From: Gemmatimonadota bacterium
GTDB lineage: Bacteria; Gemmatimonadota; Gemmatimonadetes; Gemmatimonadales; Gemmatimonadaceae
Assembly: GCA_031372565.1 (NCBI GenBank)
Contig: JANMLN010000054.1
Location: 32,001-96,000, forward strand
DNA: 64,000 nucleotides
Direction: 5' to 3'
Every line of letters starts with the position of its first letter. Position 1 is the first letter of the stretch. Below are positions 31,286-39,525 of the stretch, piece by piece. The notes beneath the pieces were generated by a model that saw only the letters and a list, made by a program, of their open reading frames with translations, was not told the origin of the DNA and made no database searches. Made by a program: the position numbers and the translations under genes.

Positions 31286-31756
31286 ATGATCCGCTCAAGT
31301 GTCGTGCTCGTGGCCTTGATGGCCAGCGCACTCCATCGGCTCGATGCGCAATCGGACAACCTGCCCACGAAGCGGGTGATCCAGCCGCCGAACTACAAGC
31401 CGACCCCGTCGCCGCTCTCGCCCGCGCTCCTGGTTGGCAACACGCTCTACCTGTCGGGCGCGACCGGTGGTGATCCGGTGAGTGGTCAGCTCGTCGCGGG
31501 CGGCTTCGAGCCGGAGCTGCGGCAGATCATGGCCAACCTGCAGACGGTGCTGAAGGCGGCGGACATGGACCTCACGCAGGTGGTGGCCGTCACGGTCTAC
31601 CTCGCCGACATGTCGGACTTCCGTCGCTTCAACGAAGTGTACCGCGAATACTTCGCGGTCGAACCGCTGCCGACCCGTTCGACCGTGGCGGTCAAGGAAC
31701 TTGCGCGCGGCGCCCGGGTCGAGATCACCATGACCGCGGTGCGTACCCGCCGCTGA
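31286..31756 (+). CDS. RidA/YjgF family protein with N-terminal signal peptide
   Basis: GGAG RBS; LYLSG, L.DM.DF..FNEVY..YF, PTRSTV, VEI; N-terminus MIRSSVVLVALMASALHRLDA-Q. Confidence 0.88.
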   Translation: MIRSSVVLVALMASALHRLDAQSDNLPTKRVIQPPNYKPTPSPLSPALLVGNTLYLSGATGGDPVSGQLVAGGFEPELRQIMANLQTVLKAADMDLTQVVAVTVYLADMSDFRRFNEVYREYFAVEPLPTRSTVAVKELARGARVEITMTAVRTRR

Positions 31757-31829
31757 GCGCAGCAATGCACGATGTGTCGGAGTGGTGCATGCACCGACTG
31801 CTCCGCGTGATGAATCATCAGCCGAGGCC

Positions 31830-32204
31830 ATGTCCATGAGCTCTGTCATCCGTTCGCAGGTCGTCGACATTCCGCACAACATGACCACGACGGCCTTCGA
31901 TATTCACGGCTTTCGCGTGGTCGAGAACATGGGCGTCGTCCGCGGTGTCGTAGTCCGCTCGCGCTCCGTGATCGGTACGTTCGGCGCCAGCCTGCAAACC
32001 CTGTTGGGCGGCAACATCACGCTGTTCACGGAACTCGCCGAGCGCACTCGCCAGCAGGCCTTCGACACGATGCTGCTGCAGGCGCACGCGGCCGGCGCCA
32101 ACGCGGTGATCGGTGTTCGCTATGACGCGAACGAATTGATGCAGGGGGTGACTGAAGTACTCTGCTATGGTACCGCCGTCATGATGGAGCCGTCGGAGCG
32201 CTAG
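31830..32204 (+). CDS. YbjQ/UPF0145 family protein
   Basis: MTTT..I.G......GVV.G, GANAVIGVRYD, EVLCYGTAV. Confidence 0.9.
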   Translation: MSMSSVIRSQVVDIPHNMTTTAFDIHGFRVVENMGVVRGVVVRSRSVIGTFGASLQTLLGGNITLFTELAERTRQQAFDTMLLQAHAAGANAVIGVRYDANELMQGVTEVLCYGTAVMMEPSER

Positions 32205-32215
32205 CGCAGGCGCTG

Positions 32216-35200
32216 CTACGCCGGTGGTCGCGCCGGTACCGCGCCCGCTGCACCGCCCGGTCGCCCCTGTCCACCACCCGGCCCCCCGAACCCACCGCGC
32301 GGCCGCTTGACGCCATCCGGCACCAGCGCCCACTGCTCCGGCGACAGTACGGCGCGCGCCTGTTCGATCGCCGCCGCGGTCGCGACACGCGCCTTCTGCA
32401 GTTGCGGCTGCAAGGTCGTGAAGGCGTCGCGCGGATCGGGACTCGTTCCCATGCGCGCGAGCAACACGCGCAACGTGTCGCCGATCACGCGCTGCGCACG
32501 CGCGAGCGAATCGCGCACGCCGGTCAGCTGCGCGATCTGATCGGGTGAGAGCGCGAGCGAGTCCTTGCGCGCCAGGATCGAGTCGAGCGGATTGGGCAGC
32601 AGTTGCGTGATGCGCTCGTTGGTGGCTGCTGCGTCGCTGCCCGAACCGAACACTTGGCGCAACCGATCACGCACCGGGTCTGGTCCGATGGCCAGTCGCG
32701 CCTGCACGGTGAGCAGGAAGGGCGGACGAAACGCATTGGTGGCGAGTGAGGTCTGGCCGAACCGTCCGTTCACCTGATACCGGTACGCGTTGGACAGCGG
32801 GTCGAAGCCGTGCACGGTGAGCAGCGTGTTGTCCGGCCGAGGCGCCTGCCCCCAGCCCTGCATCGCGTTCTCGCCGTGGAGCAGCTGGTCGAGTCCGACG
32901 AGGAAGTTCACGGTGCCCACGGAGAGCGTGAGGCGACGGTCGAGGCCGAACACGGTGGGACGCAGGTTGAACTGGAAGTCGAGACCGCCGATCCACGGGC
33001 CCGTGCACCCGTTCCGGTCCGCGACCCGCCCGAGCATCGTGCTCAGGCACTCCTTCACGCTGCCGGGCACCACGCCGATCAATCGGCGCATGCCGTTGGC
33101 GACCGCGGTATCGGTCGCGCTAGCAGGATTGAACACGAACGCCTGATCATTACGTGCGCCGTCGCCATTGATGTCATTGCCGACCAGCGGTGTGAATGGG
33201 GCACCGGAGCTCAGTCGCCCGATCGCCGACACCTCGAGCCAGCTCAATGCGGGCCATGTCACCGTCGTGATGATGCTATGTGTGCGCTGCAGGTCGCTCG
33301 TGGCCCAGCTCCGCACGTTCGGGTCGCCCGCCGTACTCGATCCCACGCCTTGGCCGCCGAAGCTCCCCGGGAAGGAGTTCTGGTCGACCGACCGCGTCCA
33401 GGTGTAGTTCACGGACGCCTGCACGCCGCGCGCCGTGCTCGCCGCCACGCCAACAATCACCTGCTTGGTGTCCGACTGCAGGTCCGACGACGTGAGCAGA
33501 ACGCGACCGTACGACGGGTTCACGCGTGACGCCGCCAGCGTGGTCGCCCCACTGAACGCGGCAATCGACGCAGCCGGCACGTACACCGGACGACCCCCCT
33601 CGGTGACGAGCGCAAAGGCCGGCGTGCCGACAAGATTCAAGTCGCGGTAGCCGGTTTGCGAGACACCGAGTGCATAGTTGGCGTCGAGTGAGAGCGTGAC
33701 ACGCTGCGCGATCCGGTGCGTGACGCCCAACGACGCGCGCCACGCACGCGGCGACTGGAAGTCGGGCGACATGACGGTGGCGTTTGGCTGCGCGCTGAAC
33801 GTTGGCGACGGCAGGCCGACACAGCGCGTGGGGATGAGCGCCGGATTTGCCGCCCATGCACTGAAGTCGGGGGTGGGCACGGCCACACCCACGCATGCCA
33901 GTTGCGACTCGTTCGTGATCAGGCCGGTGGCACCCTGCGCCGCACTCAAGAGTTGCGACGGCGTGAGGCCGCGAAACTCGCCGAAGCCACCACGAACAAT
34001 CGTCGCCGGTCCGAACGGCGCAGCGAGCCCGCCACCTCCGCCGCCGCCGCCGCCTCCACCAAAGCCCCCTGCGCCGCGACCACCACCACCGCCGCCGCCA
34101 GGGCCACCAAAGCCGCCGCGTCCTCCGGCTGCTCCCTCGGGACGATCACTCCCCTGTGCCGACGAGTTGAGCTGCCCGATGGACCAGGTGAAGCCGAGCC
34201 GCGGGCTCAGGTGTGTTTCGGTGGGAAAACGGTCCGTGCGAATGCCGAAGAGCGAGTCGAGTCTCGCGTTGTATGCGGGGGCGCCGTCGAAGCGCGTGCC
34301 CTCGAGTCGCAAGCCGTACGTGAGCTGGAAGGTCGGTCGCACGCGCCAGACATCGCCCGCGTACAGTGCCGCGTTGATCGTGCCACCGTCGCGGAGTGTG
34401 GGGGTCAGCGTGCGCGTGAACGACGCCGGCCGATTCGCCGAGAAGTCCGCGAGCGATGCGTACGTGAAGGTGCCCCAGCGATTGTTGGTGACGTCCTGCT
34501 GGTAGGTGGAGCGATTCACCAGCGCGCCGAGCTTGAAGCGGTGTGGCGTGCCGATCGGGATGAATGACACCTCCTCGCTCGCCTCGAACCCGCGCTGGCG
34601 CTGCGCCTGCGGCAACGAGCTGTTGCCACCAAACGAGAGCACCGACGCCCCGGTCGTGCCAACGCCAGCCGAGCTGCCCAGGTCGGAAATGAGCTGCACG
34701 CGCCCTGCCGACACGGTCAGGTACGGATCGCTCTGGTTGTCACTCACCGAGGCATACGCGCGCGCCTCGTTGATGATCGCGCCACGATCGGTGGTAAAGT
34801 GCGACGTGACCGAGGCCAGCAGGCCGCCACCCGTGCCGAGCGTGGAGGCGCCGCCGGTCGGGAGTCCGAGCGAGGAGATGCGCGCCGCATCGGACTCGTT
34901 CGAGCGCACATCGAAGCGCAGCGTGAGCGAATGATCATCGCTCGGCTTCGCATCGAGGCGCACGAACAGCTGGTTGCCCGTGCTCGGCCGGTCGCCGGGA
35001 ATACCGGCGAGGCTGAGCGGCAGCGAATCGGCGAGCACGCCGGCGAGGAAGGCGGACACCGAATCCGGGCTCGCGCCCAGACGCAGCAGTGTGGCGCTGT
35101 TGGCGCGCGCCGAGAGCAACGAGGTGAGCGGATCGGACCGACCACGCACCTGAAAGGCCGCGAAGGCGAACAGCTTGTCCTGGATGAGCGCTCCGCCGAG

Positions 35201-36058
35201 CCCGCCCGAGAGCGTATTCTGCCGATAGGCCGCACCGAAGGCGCCAGCATCCGACTGCTGCACCGCGAGCGAGGGATCGCGATAGCTGTCGGTGAGGGTA
35301 CCCTGCAGCACGTTGGTACCACTGCGCGTGGTGCTGGCGATCTCGCCGCCGGAGAACTGGCCGCGTGCGACATCGTAGGTGCTGGTGATGACGCGCGTCG
35401 AGCGCACCGCGTCGGGCGGCGCTGACCCGCTGCCGAACGACAGGCCGTCCAGCGTGACGTTGTTGGCGGTCGCGCGCTGCCCGGCAACCGAGAAGCTGTT
35501 GGCCGTGGAATCGCTGCCGCCCAAGCCGAGCACGCCGGGTACGAGCGCCGCGATCGCGGTGAGATCGCTGGCGTCCTCGAGCGGCATGCGGACCAACTGA
35601 TCAGCGTTGAACGCTCGCTCGGTCGAGCCGGGGGTGGGCCGCTCCCGGTCGTTACCCCCCTGCGCAGCGCGCACGGTGACCCCGGCGATCGATTGTGCGC
35701 CGCCGGAACCGAGTGCGAGCGCGACGTTGGTGATGAGCTGGTCTTCGTCCGCGTCGCGATTGACGAGCACCGTGCGCGGCGTGAAGCCGATCGAGCGCAC
35801 CGCGAGCTGGTACCGTCCGCCACCATCGGGGAAGACGATGACGTAGCGGCCGCGGTCGTCGGTGACGCGCGAGCGCGTGACGCGCGTATCGAGGCTCGTG
35901 GCGGTGACGGTCGCGCCGGCGAGTCCCTTCTTGTCGGGGCCGGTGACGGTGCCGGAGAGGATGTCGGTGGTGCTACCGACTTGGGCGCGGGCGCGCGCGG
36001 GGAGCGCGACGGCGAGCAGCGCCAGCGCGAGGAGCAGGGAAAGCCGGCGGTGGGGCAT
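32216..36058 (-). CDS. Oar-like TonB-dependent receptor with carboxypeptidase-regulatory N-domain
   Basis: Signal peptide; G.V.G......GATV and TD..GRY; SVAGQR..NNVTLDG; G.FSGG.I..TRSGTN; SPRLGF; DINGDG.NDQ. Confidence 0.82.
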   Translation of the reverse strand: MPHRRLSLLLALALLAVALPARARAQVGSTTDILSGTVTGPDKKGLAGATVTATSLDTRVTRSRVTDDRGRYVIVFPDGGGRYQLAVRSIGFTPRTVLVNRDADEDQLITNVALALGSGGAQSIAGVTVRAAQGGNDRERPTPGSTERAFNADQLVRMPLEDASDLTAIAALVPGVLGLGGSDSTANSFSVAGQRATANNVTLDGLSFGSGSAPPDAVRSTRVITSTYDVARGQFSGGEIASTTRSGTNVLQGTLTDSYRDPSLAVQQSDAGAFGAAYRQNTLSGGLGGALIQDKLFAFAAFQVRGRSDPLTSLLSARANSATLLRLGASPDSVSAFLAGVLADSLPLSLAGIPGDRPSTGNQLFVRLDAKPSDDHSLTLRFDVRSNESDAARISSLGLPTGGASTLGTGGGLLASVTSHFTTDRGAIINEARAYASVSDNQSDPYLTVSAGRVQLISDLGSSAGVGTTGASVLSFGGNSSLPQAQRQRGFEASEEVSFIPIGTPHRFKLGALVNRSTYQQDVTNNRWGTFTYASLADFSANRPASFTRTLTPTLRDGGTINAALYAGDVWRVRPTFQLTYGLRLEGTRFDGAPAYNARLDSLFGIRTDRFPTETHLSPRLGFTWSIGQLNSSAQGSDRPEGAAGGRGGFGGPGGGGGGGRGAGGFGGGGGGGGGGGLAAPFGPATIVRGGFGEFRGLTPSQLLSAAQGATGLITNESQLACVGVAVPTPDFSAWAANPALIPTRCVGLPSPTFSAQPNATVMSPDFQSPRAWRASLGVTHRIAQRVTLSLDANYALGVSQTGYRDLNLVGTPAFALVTEGGRPVYVPAASIAAFSGATTLAASRVNPSYGRVLLTSSDLQSDTKQVIVGVAASTARGVQASVNYTWTRSVDQNSFPGSFGGQGVGSSTAGDPNVRSWATSDLQRTHSIITTVTWPALSWLEVSAIGRLSSGAPFTPLVGNDINGDGARNDQAFVFNPASATDTAVANGMRRLIGVVPGSVKECLSTMLGRVADRNGCTGPWIGGLDFQFNLRPTVFGLDRRLTLSVGTVNFLVGLDQLLHGENAMQGWGQAPRPDNTLLTVHGFDPLSNAYRYQVNGRFGQTSLATNAFRPPFLLTVQARLAIGPDPVRDRLRQVFGSGSDAAATNERITQLLPNPLDSILARKDSLALSPDQIAQLTGVRDSLARAQRVIGDTLRVLLARMGTSPDPRDAFTTLQPQLQKARVATAAAIEQARAVLSPEQWALVPDGVKRPRGGFGGPGGGQGRPGGAAGAVPARPPA
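34025..34125 (-). repeat. Low-complexity Gly-rich coding tract (GGC/GGT repeats)
   Basis: Encodes GGRGGFGGPGGGGGGGRGAGGFGGGGGGGGGGG inside the receptor gene. Confidence 0.8.
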
Positions 36059-36278
36059 GCCTACAAGACGCGCGAGTGCGGTGATGCGTTGGTGGGGGGG
36101 GCGCCACGCCGCGCTGCGACGATGCCACCGTCAGCGTCGGTGGCGCGCGTGCTTGCGTCGCAGCCGCTGCATGGCATGGCCTGAGCCCTCTGCCCTCGCG
36201 CTGCATCGGCGCTCACTGCATAATCCCCCGGGCCGCAGTTGAGCCGCCTTTCTCGACATGAATCCTCGGTGATGCCAG

Positions 36279-38030
36279 ATGAAGACAGTCCGAATGCTCG
36301 GGATCGCTGCCGCAGCTCTGCTGGTTGTTCTCGCCACGACGACCGCGGCCGCGCAGGGGAGCGCGCCGGAGCGCTTCGACGTCGTGATCCGCGGGGGACG
36401 CGTCATCGACGGCACCGGCAATCCGTGGTTCGCGGCAGATGTAGGCATCCGCGGAGACCGCATCGTGTCGATTGGCGACCTGCGATTGGCGCGTGCCGCG
36501 CGCGAGATCGATGCGCGCGGGAAGTTCGTGACGCCAGGGTTCATCGCGCTGCACGAGCACATCGACCGCGGCATCCTGCAGGGGCGGCGTGCCGTCGCCA
36601 ACTATCTCTCTCAGGGCTTCACCACCGCCGTCATCAACGCCGACGGCCTCGAGGGGGGACTCTGGCCGTTGCGGGCGCAGCGCGACTCGCTGCGCCGACT
36701 CGGCCATGCGCTCAACCTTGTGCCGATGGTCGCGCACGGCACCGTGCGTCGCCTGGCCATGGGCACCACGCCGGCGCAGGTCATGCGACCAGCCACGCCA
36801 GCCGAACTCCGGCAGATGGAAGCACTCGTACGGCAGGGCATGGAAGAGGGCGCCTTCGGCATGAGCACGGGGCTCGAGTATCAGCCGATGCGCTACTCGA
36901 CCACCGATGAACTCATCGCGCTCGCGAAGGTCGTGGGGGAGTTCGGCGGCCACGTGCAGGCGCACATGCGGTCGCAGGGCCGCTACCCCAAGTGGCAGCT
37001 GCCGAGCCACATGGATCACCCGACCCAGCACAACGTGGACTGGCTCGACGCGATCCAGGAAGGGATCACGGTCGCACGGCGCGCGCAGGTCCCGTTCTGG
37101 TTTGACCATGTGCACCCCAAGGGGCCGCGCGAGTGGGGGATCGCCCGCGCGACCACGGCCACCATCGCGCGCGCATGGGAAGAAGGGCTGCAGATCTACA
37201 CGAACATGCACTCGTACGAAGGCTACGCGGAGACGGTCACACTCGTGCCGCGGTGGGCGCTCGCTCGGGTCGAAGTGCCGGGGATGAGCATGAGCGACAA
37301 CTTCCCGCCCGTGGATTTCACCGGAGCGCGCGAGAACATGGAGCGCGCGCTGCAGGACCCGGCGCGTCGCGCGATGATGGAGCAGGACGCGCTCTACGAG
37401 ATCGAGCGCCAGGGTGGCTCCGAGGGACTGCTCATCACCGGCTTCCCCGATGCGGCGCTCGTCGGGAAGACGTTGGGCGCCGTCGCGCGCGAGAAGCAGC
37501 TCTCGCTCTTCGATACCGCGCTCTGGCTCGCGCGCAACGGCTTTCCCGATGTGCTGGGCGGCGCGGTCTGGACGATGCGGGCCGTGGGCATGGTCGACAT
37601 CGAGGAATGGATGCGCCATGACTGGAACGGGGTGTCGCTCGACCGCGCCGTGGATGACGTCGCCACGTGCAAGCCGTTCACGCATCCCGGCACCTGGGGC
37701 ACCTCGGGTCGGCTCCTGCGCACCTTCGTGCTCGACCGGAAGACGATCACGATGCCGTACGCGATCCGCTCGCTCACCGGCGTCGGCGCGCAGGCGCTCG
37801 GCCTCACCGATCGCGGGCTCCTCCGCGAGGGGATGATGGCGGACGTCGTCGTCCTCGATCCGGCCACGATCGGCTCTGATGCGACGTATCTGACGCCGTG
37901 CGTCCGGCAGAGCGGTATCGAGGCTGTGCTGGTGAACGGCGCGGTGGTGGTGTCGGCCGGGACGCAGGGGACGGCACTGCCCGGCCGGGTGCTCGAGCGG
38001 CAGCGACCGCGGCGTGCGGGTCCGGCGTAG
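36279..38030 (+). CDS. Exported N-acyl-D-amino-acid deacylase-like amidohydrolase
   Basis: DVVIRGGRVIDGTGNP, PGFI.LHEH, GAFGMSTGLEY, AHMRSQ, DRGLLREG..AD.V. Confidence 0.85.
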   Translation: MKTVRMLGIAAAALLVVLATTTAAAQGSAPERFDVVIRGGRVIDGTGNPWFAADVGIRGDRIVSIGDLRLARAAREIDARGKFVTPGFIALHEHIDRGILQGRRAVANYLSQGFTTAVINADGLEGGLWPLRAQRDSLRRLGHALNLVPMVAHGTVRRLAMGTTPAQVMRPATPAELRQMEALVRQGMEEGAFGMSTGLEYQPMRYSTTDELIALAKVVGEFGGHVQAHMRSQGRYPKWQLPSHMDHPTQHNVDWLDAIQEGITVARRAQVPFWFDHVHPKGPREWGIARATTATIARAWEEGLQIYTNMHSYEGYAETVTLVPRWALARVEVPGMSMSDNFPPVDFTGARENMERALQDPARRAMMEQDALYEIERQGGSEGLLITGFPDAALVGKTLGAVAREKQLSLFDTALWLARNGFPDVLGGAVWTMRAVGMVDIEEWMRHDWNGVSLDRAVDDVATCKPFTHPGTWGTSGRLLRTFVLDRKTITMPYAIRSLTGVGAQALGLTDRGLLREGMMADVVVLDPATIGSDATYLTPCVRQSGIEAVLVNGAVVVSAGTQGTALPGRVLERQRPRRAGPA

Positions 38031-38053
38031 CGCGACGCGCGGGCCTACTTCGC

Positions 38054-38467
38054 TCACTTGGGCGGTTTCGTTGCGGACGCCGCGTTGAACTCGACGGCGG
38101 CACGGACGAGCGACTGGAATGCGCGCGCGTCGACCGTGTCGTCCTCATGGATGTCGATGGCGCGTCGCGTGCCGCCGTCGAGACTCGCGTTGAACAGCGC
38201 GTGCGGGTCGTTGAGCGAGGCACCATGGGCGAAGGTCAACTTCACCTTGTCCTTGTAGCGCTCACCAGTGCAGATGATGCCGCCGAGGGACCAGACGGGG
38301 ACGCCCTGCATCGCGTTCGATGGTTTTCGCCATTTCACCTCTTCCACGATGTCGGGGTTCGCATCGTGGATGAGCGCGCGCATCGCGCGCAGCGTCTCGG
38401 CGCGCCAATCCGTGGGCTCGGCGGTGTTCTTGCTGCCCGACTCGGCCTTGTTGTTGTCGAACGCCAT
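38054..38467 (-). CDS. DUF1801 family protein
   Basis: DWR..TL...R.LI..A.P.I.EEVKW, VKLTF.HGASL.DP..LFNASL.G..RRAID. Confidence 0.88.
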   Translation of the reverse strand: MAFDNNKAESGSKNTAEPTDWRAETLRAMRALIHDANPDIVEEVKWRKPSNAMQGVPVWSLGGIICTGERYKDKVKLTFAHGASLNDPHALFNASLDGGTRRAIDIHEDDTVDARAFQSLVRAAVEFNAASATKPPK

Positions 38468-38519
38468 TTGCCTGCTCCCCCAAGATGAACGACATGCACA
38501 TCAGATCGCCCGACACCGA

Positions 38520-39404
38520 CTAGTGCGCAGCCCCCCGGCGGGCGAACGCCGCCGACGAGTCGACGTACGCCCGGTACCCCTCGGGATCGATGAACGGTTG
38601 CACCGGATCCTTTGCGGCCGCGCTGGCAACAAACTTGCGATAGCGACCCCACGCTCGCGCATGGTTCGTGACCCAGATGTCGGCGGGGAGACTGTGCAGC
38701 ACGTCCACGCTGCGCTCGATATCGGCTCGTTGTTCCGCGTATCGCATCCCGAGCATCGGTTCCACGCTGCACGCGCTCACGACATTGAGCTCCCGATCAC
38801 CATCACGAACGGGGAACGACCACGACGTGCACCCGCGCGTGTGGCCGCCGGTCACATGCGCCGTGAGTGCGAGCGGCCCGACCCGCACGGCATCACCGTC
38901 CTTGAAGGTGTGGACGACCGGAACCGCCGGGTAGCCCACGAGGCCGAGCCGCACGAGGGCGCGCAAGGGCCAGGTCATGTCGGGATCATCGCCGCCCGTC
39001 GACAGGGAGTAGGCGCTCGGCGCGCTCGCCCAGATCTCCGCACCGGACGCTTGCTGCAGCACCCCCAGCCCGCCGCCGTGGTCGGGATGCGGCTCCGAGT
39101 TCACGAGCACTTTCACATCCGTGATCTTGAAGCCGAGCTTGGCGATGCTTCCCATGATCATCCGGGCGGTGCTCGGGTAGCCACCGTCGAGCACGATGTG
39201 ACCCGCGGGCCCGGTGATCAGGAAGGCTGACGCGTCGTTCGCGCCGACGTAGTACAGATTGCCCGCGATGCGGAACGGTTCGGCCGGTTGCTGCCCGCCG
39301 ATCTTCGTCGCATTCAGCGATCGGCCAACGAGGACGAGCGTCAGCGCACACGCGAGCGTGATCAGCGCCGCCAGTCGGAGTCGCTTGGCGATGTGCGGTT
39401 TCAT
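38520..39404 (-). CDS. Subclass B3 metallo-beta-lactamase-like protein (E-x-H-x-D-H variant)
   Basis: PAEPFRIAGNLYYVG, FLIT...GHI.LD, NSEPHPDHGGG, GHTRGCTSW, TNH, PFIDP.GY. Confidence 0.85.
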   Translation of the reverse strand: MKPHIAKRLRLAALITLACALTLVLVGRSLNATKIGGQQPAEPFRIAGNLYYVGANDASAFLITGPAGHIVLDGGYPSTARMIMGSIAKLGFKITDVKVLVNSEPHPDHGGGLGVLQQASGAEIWASAPSAYSLSTGGDDPDMTWPLRALVRLGLVGYPAVPVVHTFKDGDAVRVGPLALTAHVTGGHTRGCTSWSFPVRDGDRELNVVSACSVEPMLGMRYAEQRADIERSVDVLHSLPADIWVTNHARAWGRYRKFVASAAAKDPVQPFIDPEGYRAYVDSSAAFARRGAAH

Positions 39405-39525
39405 GCTTGCAAAGCTCGCTCCCTGCAGTCACGTGACGCTACGTGACGGTACAGCGCCACGGTTCCGGTGAGCGTACGCCGGTCACCTGATGAACGCGCC
39501 ATCGGGCGTCAGCCCGCCGCGGCAA

